Origin: Octopus sinensis
Lineage: Eukaryota
Assembly: GCF_006345805.1 (NCBI RefSeq)
Contig: NC_043007.1
Coordinates: 2,418,001-2,482,000, forward strand
Length of the DNA: 64,000 bases
Reading direction: 5' to 3'
Each line of letters opens with the position of its first letter. Within the stretch, counting starts at the first letter, position 1. Below are positions 27,641-41,016 of the stretch, piece after piece. The notes beneath the pieces were generated by a model that made no database searches, was not told the origin of the DNA, and saw nothing but the letters and a program-made list of their open reading frames with translations. The translations under genes were made by a program, and so were the position numbers.

Positions 27641-29929
27641 ACACAAAGACCCGCACGCAATCATATACACATACAGATATTTTAATTGAAACTGAAGCTG
27701 AGTTTGTCTTGCGAGATTACCTTCCATTTGAAATAAATCATATGTTCTACACAGACTGAGCAGAAATACCTGTGTTGCTTTGCCATGACAACAAAAGTGA
27801 GATTTAAGCATAGAGAAAATTTCCAAACCCCATAAAAAAAATCAGAAATATAGACATAAAGTTCCCTTCATCAACTGTTGTCAGAACATCATCATGATTT
27901 CCGCATGTTAGGAACAATACTGCCAGCTTATGTATGTCTGTAAAGTTTTAAAAAAAAGCTGCTACAGAAATGAAACGGTGAAAACAAAGGACTTGGATAA
28001 TGAGAAGGGGATGGGAGGTGTGCTTCAGGTATGACGAGACAAGACGACAGGTATGCAGAGAGTTAAGCAGAAACATGTATAACAAATATTTATGTTTCTC
28101 GACATAACAAGGAGGTATAATATGAAGGATAATTATTTCTTAAGGTTGGGACTAAAAATCATGCAGGACAAACGAAGAAAAAATATAAAGCAGACGGTAA
28201 GTGTAGCACAAATATATATTGTTGAAAATGCAAAAGAAAAGTGAAAAAAGGAAGGAAGGGAGAAGTGAAAGGAAGAAGAGAAAGGGAGAGGAAGAGAAAG
28301 AGAAAGAGAAAGATCTATGAAATAACAAAAGGCTTATTAGATATGTAGAATCTCATATTTATTATACCTTATTGACAGTAACTTCGAAATTTTTCCTTTA
28401 GTAGCTTTTCAAGATTATAAGCCAAAACTCACTCCCATATTCGGATGTAAGTGTCTCCCTCTCTCTCATTCTCTCTCTCTCTTTCTCTCTCCCTCTCTAC
28501 TCTATGCCGTATCACTCGCGAGAAAATGTAGCACTCGGCTGTACGAGGTGACATTTCGCATTCCACCTCTCAGACGGTGCTCAGTCATGTGTTCCACATA
28601 TGTCTACGGACTTGTTATTCTGGTAAGGTGAGGAAAATCCGGCTACAGGTGCCACATACCCGGCTCTACGAGTTTCATGCTCGGGTGGCTAGCGATTAAC
28701 CGATTGTAAGCCAACGGCTATCCACATGAGTGATGTCTCTTAAAAACACCCTGAACGTCGGCTGGCAAACCATGCAGGTGGTCCGTGGCCGTAGCCACGA
28801 AATTTCCAATTAGAGAAAATGTTTATATGAGTATACCCGAGAGAATGTTTACGTAGATAGGATATTACTGTAACCAGCAATTTATTGCTAAATACGAGTG
28901 GATATTCATATTATTATCTCTGGTTAAAGGTTTTGTCAGTAAATGTTTAAATTCTCATGCAATCTCGTAAAAACACGGACACTATCAAACAATATCTGTC
29001 ATTCGAGCACATCGTATATACAGGCGCACACACACACAAATATGCACACAACCACGCGCACGCATGAGAGCGCACAGATACACATGTGCAGAGATGCAGA
29101 TGCAATTGGAAGTTATCATTTGATATTAGCAAGTCCGTACACTTCATTATCCATCTATCATTATCTGTATAATATATGTTTTATAAACTAATATGCATCT
29201 ACTTTGTAATGCCTGGATGTTGTTGTGTCTTGATCATATATTTTCTTTAGCAATGATACCAGATACGCTGTAGCAGGAAATTTAATATATAGATGCTCTG
29301 CGATTTATTTTTGTGATTGATAATATAATTTGGTGCTGCAGTAGATTTGATATAATGCTTTGTACATATATATTGAGACACAGAAAAAGGAGTTAAGTTG
29401 AACTCAGACATGAACGGAAATGTAGCAATACAGAAGCAGACAAAAGACCCCATGCAATTCGAAATATATTTGCGCAGTAAACTGCTGACTATAAAGATGC
29501 TTTATCTGCTAGAAAAAAAAAAGGTATTAATATGAGGAAGGGTACAGATATATCCAGAAGTTCAAGTGCCGTAAACCTGATAAATTCTATAGACATACAC
29601 TTGAAACACGTCGCAAATGAAGGTTCTACTATATGTACCAAAACCGGCAGCTTCTGTTACGAATAATGCTACAGTCGCAGGACCGGGAAATCAAGAAAAT
29701 TCCTCACAATTTTGGAGCACGGAAATCTAAACCTATGTAGAATCGCAATGAAGAAATATAGAATCTATGCAAATCACCAAGAATTTTGGAATTACTCAGA
29801 TATAGCCACCTCGCACAATCAGTCTCATCAACATCCGCTGAATCCTACACATGATCCGAGTTAACATCAACAGTAGCAGAACTTTCGCCATCATACACCA
29901 TTACTGATATTCTTTTGTATTTTTTAAAT

Positions 29930-30180
29930 TCTTTTAATTGTTTCAGTCATTTGACTGCGGTCATGCTGGAGCACCGCCTTTAGTTGAGAAAAAAGACCCC
30001 AGGATATATTCTTTGTACGCCTAGTACTTATTCTATCGGTCTCTTTTGCCGAACCGCTAGATTACGGGGACGTAGACATACCTGCAGTGGTTGTCAAACG
30101 GTTGGTGGGGGACAAACACAGACACACATACACATATACATACATGCATACATACATACATACATACATACATACATACA

Positions 30181-30212
<32 letters not shown>

Positions 30213-30254
30213 CATACATACATACATACACACACACATACACACACTCATACA

Positions 30255-30289
<35 letters not shown>

Positions 30290-30450
30290 CACACACACAC
30301 ATATATATATGACTACGAAATCCACTCAGAAATCTATTGTCGACCCGAGGCTATAGTAGAAAACACTTGCCCAAGGTGCCACTCAGTGGAACTGAACCTG
30401 GAACCATGTAGTTGGTGAACAAGCTTCTTATCACTTAGCTAAACTGCGCC
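29930..30450 (-). mobile_element. SINE family B with an expanded internal (TACA)/(CA) tract
   Basis: Both B modules flank a ~190-bp microsatellite. Confidence 0.88.
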
Positions 30451-31296
30451 TATATACACAGCATATTTAACATTTCTCTAAGTAAGTGACGGAGTGAGCC
30501 AACAACATTCTTATTTCATTGCTCGACATGGAAAAGGCATAGCAGCTAAATCTCACTTTTATCAAATTTTACCGTCTTAAATTCACGTAATCATATCGCA
30601 CATACACAGAAAGACGAGAAAACTACAGGGGGTTAGATATAATACATCCACAGCATTGCATATAGGTAGCATAATTGAATTAACCTCACTGCAGATACAA
30701 GCGCCACTTTTGGCCAATCTATCCATATCAAAGCCCTATAATCAATGATTCAAATAAAAAAGAGCAAATGTTGTTCAAATGCATCACTTATACATACCCT
30801 GTGCTTCAAGGAAATAATTTAGGAATGGAAAACTGTAAAGAAAAATAAGGTGGCGTTGGGTTCGCTGCTATATCAAAGTGAATGAAACGTTTAAATTATT
30901 ACCAAACACACTTCAAGCATCATATAACACTGTAAGAGAAGGATTACGAGTGAGTAAAGACCTGTTAGAGATACGAGTAATACTAACGCGCAAATGAACA
31001 ATTTTATATTCTGTAAAAGTGTACTAAAACCGTTAATAAAAGATGGTATTTTCTACGCTGTAATGATTCTCACTAGACGCAGTCAAATACAAATTCAGCC
31101 TAAAATCCGGAAACTAGAACATCATCCGGAAAGAACAATATGGCCAAATGAACCGAAAACGTGAACAAATATCTTAAAACTCATTCACCATTGAAACCAA
31201 TTTCAAATTTCTATCGGGTCAGGGTAAAAGTTAAAGTGTATGGTCAGGTATATGTTTAGGGTTAGGTTTCGGGTTTAGATTTAAAGAAGGGGTTGT

Positions 31297-31576
31297 CCCT
31301 TCATGGTAGAATTAACAGTCAAGGCTATTTAAACATTTTATCTGATCAAATTCATCCTATGGTTGCGGAACTGTTTCCAGTTCATCACCACAAGAACTGG
31401 AGATGTTTTAGCTGAAGAATGGACAAAAATTCCTTTGGAAACAATTCAGACTTTGTACGAGTCTATTACCTCGTATAATTCAAGCTGCAATTACTGCCAA
31501 ATGTGGTCCTACCCCATATAAAAATAAATTTGTTTGAAATTTTAAGTTGTTTCCATTATTTTGTCCAACTCCTGTA
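31297..31576 (+). mobile_element. Tc1-like transposon 3' fragment with an internal deletion and right TIR
   Basis: LHGRINSQGYLNILSDQIHPMVAELFP is fused to ELEMFLAEEWTKIPLETIQTLYES..AKCGPTPY*. It ends gtttccattattttgtccaactcctg|TA. Confidence 0.85.
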
Positions 31577-31704
31577 TCTAATTATTAAAGAGGGAAAATT
31601 ATCAGAAAAGCCATTTCTATTCATTTATTCTGAGAAATAATTTTAATGCTATACCAAGGACATTCGATCTCTTATTCTACTATATATATATATATATAAT
31701 ATAT

Positions 31705-31737
<33 letters not shown>

Positions 31738-32165
31738 TATATAATATATATATATATAATATATATTATATATATATATCACAATCAAGGAACGGCCATA
31801 ATAGGCCATTCACCCACTAGAAATAACAGCCAAAGCTTCAACCGCAAAATAACATTAATTCCGCAATCCAGGAGAAAATTAAAAAAACATTTACCCTGTA
31901 ATTTCTTATACGATGCACCGTTTCATCTCTTGTTTAATGGTAAACTAACCTGATTAAATTAAATCAAGCCAATCTTCCATAGGCCCTTAGATTCGTCAGT
32001 AAGAAATAGCCAGATCGGAACAGATATTTTCACGAGGCACTTCTGTCCCTGCCTCGGCAATATCTGACCTAAAATTTTCAAATCATCGCACTCGCGCCAA
32101 ATTTATCGGCAGCAAATAAATATAAGCCGCCGATTCCATTACGGAATCAACCAGAAAATTCATAA

Positions 32166-32223
32166 TTAATCAATATAGGGTGGCAAAAAATTTTGTAGAA
32201 TTTTTTTGCCACCCTATATTGAT

Positions 32224-32226
<3 letters not shown>
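32166..32226. repeat. Perfect 25-bp-arm palindrome (mini-MITE-like)
   Basis: TTAATCAATATAGGGTGGCAAAAAA (32166-32190), an 11-nt loop, and the exact reverse complement at 32202-32226. Confidence 0.9.
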
Positions 32227-32315
<89 letters not shown>

Positions 32316-32586
32316 GTGTATGTAGGTATATATATAAGCGTGAGTGTGTATCTGTATGTCGGCGTGTACGGTGGAAGAAAATACAAATCTCTGTAATTAT
32401 GGGAAACGAATTTCAAATATAAATATGAACAAAATTATTTTTAAACGGTGCCGCATTGCTTAGAATACACGCGTGTATGAATAAAAATAGAAGGCGAATT
32501 CACTGCACAAACACGATACAAAAAACGCATAAATATTTTAGCCCTATATAAATTCATACGCTACAAATATATGTACGCGTATATAA

Positions 32587-32625
<39 letters not shown>

Positions 32626-32632
32626 CATAAGC

Positions 32633-32714
<82 letters not shown>

Positions 32715-33159
32715 AGGAATAAGTTTAGCTCTCTATATGCTAACACACACACACAGACACATATATTTGTGTATCTATCAATTTATATGCCTTTATATTT
32801 GTTTGTGCGATATTGCGTATGCGTTCTGATATATGTCCAGATAAGCATGTATTAGGAATATATATATCTTGCAAACGTATATTTTAAGAAATTTTCGTTA
32901 ATTAAGTAACAATTAAATAATATGTGGAACGATTATTTTGCAACTGTATTCGATTTGGATGGATTTCAAAGAATTCGTTTTAGACATTTGAATAATTACG
33001 AAATGAATATTGCGAATGAATATTGAATTCCTAAAATATACAACGGTTCGGATATTTCGAAATCAATGTATTGAAAGTAAATGCGTGAATAAATATATAT
33101 ACGTGCGTGTATGTATGTGTGCACAAATGCGCGTGAGCGTGTGCGTATGTATACATATA

Positions 33160-33303
33160 AGTGGGGCAGTGTGGATAAGAAGCTTGCTTCCCAAACACAC
33201 TTTGTAGAGTTCACTCTGATTGGCAAGTGTCTTCTATTATCGATTCGAGCCAATATTATCCTTCTGTGTAGATTTGATAGACGGAAACTGAAAGAAGCCC
33301 GTC

Positions 33304-33305
<2 letters not shown>
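33160..33305 (+). mobile_element. SINE family B 5' module only, diverged
   Basis: gcagtgtggataagaagcttgcttccc ... gacggaaactgaaagaagcccgtcg. Confidence 0.7.
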
Positions 33306-33339
<34 letters not shown>

Positions 33340-33418
33340 TTTTTAATCATTCCTAGAGATCCCACATTATTATTATTATTATTATTATTATTGTTATTTT
33401 CATTATTATTATTATTAT

Positions 33419-33795
33419 TCAGTAGTTTTATTTTTATAGCGTGCTTTCACTTCACTACCGAGCGCAGCTCTGTGTGCCTTGGGTATGTGCTGTGATTTGT
33501 TGTGATGCTCTGATGGTTATTGTATGGAAAGTGCTCTGCGTAGGATGTGTGCAGTGCCTAGTAGTGCAATTTTCTGTATGATATATGTGTTTGTAAGTCC
33601 TGGTGTTTTTGTTATGTATCTGTCTGAATATTTTTTTATCATGCCTAATGCACCTACTATGATAGGAATTGTTTCTGTTTTCAGATTCCACATTCTAGTT
33701 ACCTCTATTTCCAGGTCTTTGTATTTTGAGAGTTTCTCCATTTCTTTTAGAGACACGTTGTCATCTGCCGGTATTGATACATCAATTAGTTCAAA
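33419..33795 (-). mobile_element. 5'-truncated R4/Dong-clade LINE in (TAA)n; intact endonuclease C-terminus
   Basis: ORF 33517-33801: LIDVSIPADDNVSLKEMEKLSKYKDLEIEVTRMWNLKTETIPIIVGALG...QKIALLGTAHILRR. The 3' UTR runs straight into (TAA)n at 33367-33418. Confidence 0.9.
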
Positions 33796-34072
33796 ATCCA
33801 TGGCTTATTCATATGTTTATATTCTTTCATTTTCAATCTAATGTATACATTAAATTAAAGCTTAATATCAACTTACTTATCTCGTAGTTGACTCGTGAAA
33901 GCTAGATGTAAGATTGTAATTTTCTAAAAGCATGTCACATCGCGTTTGCATACATAAATATGTATGTATGTGTGTGTGTGTAAGTTTGTGTGTATGTATG
34001 AGTGTGCGCTAATATATACATATCTAAATATATAAATGCATATCTCTATGTAATATTTATACATGTATAAAA

Positions 34073-34120
<48 letters not shown>

Positions 34121-34508
34121 TATTAATAACTTTAACACCATAATGAATATTACATAAAAGCAGATAATTAAGATTTGCTCTTCGTTACTTTTCCTGTTTA
34201 CATTGAATTCCTTAACATATATGTACATATGTATATATATGCATACATACACACATACCTACATATTTATTTCTATACAAGCACACACCTGCACACACCT
34301 GCACACACACGAACACACATGCATAGTTATTCAATTATATATTTTTCTTACAGAATATTGTAAGTACTATACTTTCTCCTTCTCAATAGCTCCCTTTCCC
34401 TCCTATCTCCCTGGCTCTCTTTTTCTTTCTCTTCCTATATATATATATATATTGTTTGTTTGTTTCCCACCTGCCTTCGTCTTTTGTCTATTTTCATAAA
34501 GCTTCCCG

Positions 34509-34541
<33 letters not shown>

Positions 34542-34639
34542 TCTGTGTGTGTGTGGTAATCGATGAAGTAATTATACTGCGGATGGCCTAAACTGTGCCA
34601 GTGCTTTACATCAACACATTAATGATGTATATTTATTTG

Positions 34640-34920
34640 TCCAAATTAATGTGCAAGTGGCTGAACACTCCACAGACACGTGTACTCTTAACGTAGTTCA
34701 CGGGGAGATGCAGCGGGACACAAAAAGTGGCCCTTAGAAATACAGATACAGGAGAAACAGGAAGAAAGAGTGAAAGTTGTGGTGAAAGAGTACACCAGAG
34801 TTCACCACCACTCCCTCGTGGAGATTTAGGTATTTTCACTCAATAAACACTCACAATGGAATCGAAACCACGATCCTACGACCGCGAGACCGCTACCCTA
34901 ACCACTGGGCCATTGCTCCC
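34640..34920 (-). mobile_element. SINE family C, tail type Y, 3'-truncated
   Basis: Matches 2810-3166. Confidence 0.8.
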
Positions 34921-35076
<156 letters not shown>

Positions 35077-36930
35077 GAGAGAGAGAGAGAAAGAGAAAGG
35101 GATGTAGAATATCAATTGGATGCGGTCCAACATATCTAGCATCCACCCAATTTCATTCACAATATTATGGTTTCCAATCTTTGGTAAAAGACAGTTGGCC
35201 AATTTTTTGCCTAGCATTTGGATCGAACCCAGGACCTTCGAGGTACGGAGTTAACGTATTCATCGCTCAATCATACTGCGTCCAAACTACATTGTACTTG
35301 GAAAGTTCTAGTCATACAGTACGTCCAGCTGGTTTCCACTGAATATAACTTTTACTGCGCAATTGAGTGGGTCGAATGTTGAACAACTTACAAGCCAATG
35401 CAGTAGGACGGACATCTCTTTTTAAAAATGGCTGCACAGCTTCGAAGATCGAAAGCAACAGACCACTGGATTTGCTTAAACACACTAAGTACATATACGC
35501 ACACATTTTATCAGTAATATGTATAATTTATTGAAATTTACGTCGGCCATCCTATTCCATGCAATAATGCTGAGATGATTTCACGCGTTTCTTTTACGAG
35601 GTTTTCCTCCATCCTCGTTTACATTTTATTTATTCTTATCTCTTTTTTAATACTTGACGTTTATTACGATCACAACTGCAAGGACCTTTCCTGTTTGGCC
35701 TCTTATAGAGGATATAATAATGTGGTTTATGGGTTTCCATAAAGTTACTCTAATTTTACAAGCCTGCGTAAACTGGATAAAAGATTATGGTTATCCAGGG
35801 ATTTTATATTCCGGGTGAAAATGTTATTGCTCTTGAGCAATTACTTTCATCGTGTTTTTTTAGTTTTGTCTGAATTGTTATCTTCGTATGTGTGTAATGG
35901 ATAAAATTGCATTTTCTGCATCCATTGGATGAATTGCTCCCAGAAATGCTTTAATCAGTTAGTGTTTCATACTGTATACAAAACCCTATCACACAGTACA
36001 CACGTCAAAGCGAAATCCTATTATCATGAATTGAATTCTGATGGGAATATTATTAAATTGTTGTTGTAGAGGAAATATATTTTCTTACCAGATATATAAG
36101 CACATTGTCACATAGAGTGGAAATTGCAAGGTTGCATAAAGTTGCACCAACACCAAATACTTCCTCTTATTCGCAGAACTGATTTGCACATTCGTTTGAT
36201 GTTAATCGTGTTATATCGCAGTTTTTACTCTTTAAGCAGGATCATCTGTCTTTGGCTCACGGAAATCTATTATCTCGTGCAAATACACAAAATGCCTTTT
36301 TCTTAATAGTGTTCCGATTATTTTACGTTTTTACCTCTTTATTGCTATTAGTTGGTAAATGTACGGGCATATTATACGACTGCTGGTTTTAAAATACCTG
36401 TAGAGTTTAATCATTGGATGTCTGGCTTTTTATCGTCTTTTGGGACATTGTCACTCGATTCGCTTCAATACAATCTTTCTCATCTCTCATATGTAATCAC
36501 AAACACATTCACCCCTGCTCTCTGGTATATACTTAAGTACGGATTACTGCAGAAATAAACTTCTAAAAAGACAAAAGTAAATGAATTGACATAGAAAGAG
36601 ATTACATGTGTATGGGTTTTTCCTACTTGCGCGTAGGTGTACATTAATATCGGTGTATGTCATTATGTATGCATACACTTGTAATCTGGAATGTTTGCGT
36701 ATGTATAAACGTATATAGGGTTTATATTTGTGTAACATGATTGAATATGTATAATTGTAAGTTAAGCATTGAAATAAAAAGTAGTCAACATAAAACAAAG
36801 AAACAAGCCAATTTTATCTTCTGTCTTACCATAGAATAACTAACAGGGAGCCCTTAGCTGATATACGTACAAAGGTTCTCATACATGATAGCCTAAACTC
36901 GCTTCTTTTTATTTTTTACGTCATTACAAG

Positions 36931-36965
<35 letters not shown>

Positions 36966-36969
36966 ATTG

Positions 36970-37818
36970 TATAAAGGATCGTGGGTACAGCCAGAACATT
37001 GCGAAGTAAATGCAAGACACATCCCAAGAAAACAAGTATATGAATTAATATAGAATTACCATGCATTCAATGTTTCGGGGTTATCAGCCCATTTTCAAGA
37101 AAGTGACGAAATTTGCTGATGTGCGTGTGTGTGAGCACGTGTGTGAGCTGTGGACATGCGCATAAAGGTATTGCTATAGCAACCAGCTAGCTTCCTGTAA
37201 CTCTCTTCTGTTGTTGATATTTGGTTTTCTTTGTTGCATGAGGATGGCCTCGGAGATTCTAAGGTTACCTCTGTTCCGCTGTGTTGCCCTGATGTTCACT
37301 ATGAATTCCCGGATCTGGCACTACCGTAGATGTTTCTTCACGGAAGTGTCTGCGTGTATGCGTTCCGTTATACGTATATGAAGTTTTCTTGTGCTTCCTA
37401 GGATGTGCTACATTTGCCACAGATGGTTTCGTATACAACATGAGTCATATGGCACAATTCAAGGTCCCTGATAGGGCAGTTCGATAATGTACACCCCTCG
37501 GAGTAGTGAGAGGTGTTGTTCTTGGACAGAGCTTTTCTCAGGGAAGGGCCGGTGTGCACTATCTGTATACCGAGTCCTTCCCTGCGGACTGCGTGTTGTA
37601 TAGCTGCAGCAGTTCTGTCGTCAAAGTGTGGTATGTCTAGGAAGCACGCGCCGGACATGGGAGAATGCTGGTTCTTCCGGGGTTTATTGACCTTGATGTT
37701 CTTCAAGCGCTGTTGTTTAGCTAAATATGGTGGGTAGCCATTCAGAGTTAGGTCTCTGAGGAACTAATTGGTGTTAACGGCTTTGTCGGTCACTTCGCTG
37801 CATTTGTTGTTTATACAT
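36970..37818 (-). mobile_element. Penelope-like element 3' fragment: RT thumb, Cys-rich linker, GIY-YIG endonuclease (pseudogene)
   Basis: FLRDLTLNGYP...CTLSNCPIRDLELC..HVVYETICGKCSTS/IGSTRKLHIRITE...NLRISEAILMQQRKPNINNRREL, with stop at 37174-37176. One frameshift and internal stops. It ends at (TA)n. Confidence 0.85.
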
Positions 37819-37829
37819 GCCTCACGTTT

Positions 37830-38110
37830 CTCGCGTATGTGGCTTTCGCTCCGTTATTAAGGTACTGGACGAAAAGTTTTCTAGAAGAAAATTGGTGAAA
37901 ACGTTTTCGTAAGGGCATATAAGAAACGAAAAGAGTTGGGAAGATGGCAAGATGACCAAACGCATAGGGAAAATGCTATACTTGGTAAAATTAGAAAATG
38001 GGTATACAAGAGACACATAACCAACTGAGAAAAAGATTCGTTGAGAACGAACTGAAGAGAATGGAGGAAACAATAGAATGGTTATATGATAAAGTGAAGG
38101 ACCAACACCA
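37830..38110 (+). mobile_element. Possible decayed RTE-like ORF2 3' remnant
   Basis: GHIRNEKSWEDGKMTKRIGKMLYLVKL / KRFVENELK is a loose match to GH..R..D.R..K..LY / KR.KD.LK. Confidence 0.3.
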
Positions 38111-38838
38111 TTACAGGTAATTGAACCCATGCGAACAAGCGTAAGAAAAAGAAAATGTACGGAGTTCCTGGATGTGGATACATACGAAAAAATATTAAAT
38201 ATGTAACTAAGTAGAAAATACAAAAAAGGAGGTGGGCTCATATAAAAATGTATCGCTACTAAAAGAACTAAAATGACACTCGCTAAAAAAAGAAAAGCTT
38301 AAAAGGAGAGATGTTGGGATAATAGTAATAATGGTACACCCATCCCAGGTGACGAATGGTATGTGATAGTCACTGTAAATAAGGTGACGTCGGTCACTAG
38401 CAAGAGAGTACGGAGTAGACTGTTATAGATAGTCATGTCTTTACTGGTCTAATTAACTACACTGCTATACCGGAATGAGCGTAAAAACCATCCGACATTA
38501 CATTCAGGATTACAACACACACATACATATATTTATATGTGTGTGTATGTGTGCGTGGTATATATGTATATGCATATATACATACCCTCTCTTTCTCTCT
38601 CTAATACTCTAGCGCACATAAATATTTACTCTACTCATTATGGTTTTACCTTCTATTTAATGCCTGCCATAACTTTCGCTATTAACGTAAACTAAATAGC
38701 TTTTACTTATATCCCGCAATGACTATGATTATAACTTTTCTAATTAGAAATTTATTCATTTTATTCACCTAAAAATCATCTAATTGATTCGACATCAGTA
38801 ATATTCTTCCTCTTAATGCTTGATTTTAGCTTTCATAT

Positions 38839-40625
38839 CATTGTTCTCCGTCTGAAAAAAAAACAATTTTTCGGAGGCTTTCCATCGGATCTAATATGCT
38901 AAATTCAGGAAAGTAACTCATTTTGTGCTATCTCAATTTTAAGAAAATATATGATAAAAAAAAATATTGTTAATATTTTTACTTTCCGAATGCCACTTAC
39001 ATTGACAGGAAATGTAAAGAGGATATCTAAAATGGGACACAATTACAGTTAATGTAAATTTTAACATGAAAACTGAAAGAAGTGATAAAATTAATGTGGC
39101 ATAAATGGATTTCGCAAAGATCTTGGTGTAATTTTTACATCTGGAACGTCTCACTTGAAGCACCAACAGCAGTTTGCACGCGTATTCACATCTCAGAAAC
39201 CCTGGCACCTCTCTTCCATCACTCGAATGTCCTGGTGAAAGCGCTCTCCTTGCTTTTCGCCAACATCACGACAATTTTGGGGAAAGTAGTCTAAATACGA
39301 CCAGACGAAATGCATTTTTATGGGCATGCGTAAACCTTGAGCCTAGAAGTTCTGCCGGAGTTCATCGACAATACGTTCGTAATGTTGACTTCGTTGGTTA
39401 CCTAGAAAGTTTACTGCAATGGATTTAAGTGAAAGCTAGATTTTCCGTTCATCGAAGTTAAAGTCTTCCTAAAGCTCCCTGATCTGAAGGTCATCAAAAA
39501 TACCTACTTTCAATTTGGTCTGGTTCAGAAAAGCGACGGCACTGTTTTCTTTGTCCGTTGCTTTCACAAAATACTTCATCAGTCTGAGCTTTATATGCAT
39601 CGGCGGCCGTAGAATCTTCTGTGGATTTACAAGAGCGTTTGATGTAACGTTGGGTGTTCCAGGCCAGATCTTGCTGGCCAAATACGTTGCACATAATACT
39701 GTATGTCTGCCTAGATATACTTCAGACAGAAAAAGCAGGGATATTCGGCGCACCCGCCTTGTACACCCAGTACCATTGACACAATCTAAAACTTAAAATG
39801 AAACGCACATTTTTGCTTTAAATCTTATACCGTTTTAATTATAAATTCTTATTTGTATGCATACTTTAATTTTTCAGTTCAAAATGTAGTGCACACTTTA
39901 AACAAAAATTGCAAACAAGCAAAATATGTTAAGCAGCCTGAAAAATAATGTAGGTACTACTAAATGGGAGTTAAATGATGGAATTTAGTCAGAATACTAA
40001 GAACCTGCACAGAAAATAAAGTACCAATATTTGCAAAACATACCTTCAGGTCTCCACAAATCAGCCAGTGGTAGTCTTTGTACCTCAAAGCAGTTGGCAA
40101 TAGCTCAATGTTTCTAGAGTTTTCAGTCTTCTTAACTGAATAGTCCACAGGAACAGATGATGAAAAGTACTGCTTTCAAGATTCTGGTCGAAGAGTCAAT
40201 AAAGAGCCGCCATTCTCTAGTACCATATGCTAAAGCCATAGCTGCATTGAGGGCGTTGCCCTTATCACAGTAAACCAGCGAAACTTCTTGGTCCGCACTG
40301 AAACATTCTCGAAACCCGTTGACACACTTCTGGTATCAGATAAATGTTGTTTCTGGAGATCACAAATGATTTTCGCTAAGACCTGATCCTAGTATCTGAG
40401 CAGATTCTTGACACAAGCCCAAATATCGTGTCAAATCTTTGAACTCACCTTGGTTCTGGTGTTCGGGTTAACTTGTGTCGGAGGTTGGTATGTACCAATA
40501 CATCACCACCCTCTATTTCATCATCGAAGTTTTGTGGCGGTGTTGGAATTAGAATTCCTGTTCCACGAGGCAACACGGAATGCAATGTTGCCAGATCTGG
40601 CGCTATATTCTACAACTTTGTTTTT
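38839..40625 (-). pseudogene. Chapaev3-like (CMC) DNA transposase pseudogene with a GT-AG intron at 39786-40043
   Basis: Motifs NQGEFKDLTRYLGL..ESAQILGS, EWRLFIDSS, ICGDLK|IVSMVLGVQGG, PPMHIKL.LMKYFVKA, KVGIF...QIREL, NFLGN, KMHF..SYLDYFPQN and QGERFHQDIRVME. Many stops and frameshifts. The family name is from recall and should be confirmed. Confidence 0.8.
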
Positions 40626-40827
40626 CACGTTACCTATATTTTATAAATGTCTTTATAAATAAAATATATGAAATACTTGTACAGGCTGTCGAAAAGTGTT
40701 ATTCGTTTGGTGTTTTTTTTTGTTAAAAGACTTGATATTGAGAATATATAAATTTCCTGAGAAAGCACATACTTTACGATAATCTACTGACTCCAAGATT
40801 CCGAGTTCGACTCCAGGCAGTGACCTA

Positions 40828-40893
<66 letters not shown>

Positions 40894-40932
40894 TATTATT
40901 ATTATTATAATAATAATAATAAAAATAATAAT
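40828..40932. repeat. (TAA)n tract with a short inverted (TTA)n patch
   Basis: Read directly. Confidence 0.95.
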
Positions 40933-40970
40933 ACCTTAGAAATGAGACCCAAGGTTCGATATTTCCTCAA

Positions 40971-41016
40971 GACACCTGATGAAGGCTGGAGGGTATATCA
41001 GCCGAAACGTTGTGTT
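40971..41016 (+). ncRNA. Minimal type I hammerhead ribozyme motif (PLE-type)
   Basis: Stem I GACAC/GUGUU; core CUGAUGA-A (40976-83); stem II GGCUG/CAGCC with a 10-nt loop; GAAAC-GUU with a palindromic, loopless stem III. Confidence 0.8.

Noticed and set aside
31245-31280. Interstitial telomere (gtttagggttaggtttcgggtttag)
   Set aside because: Only 2-3 degenerate units, too short to support.
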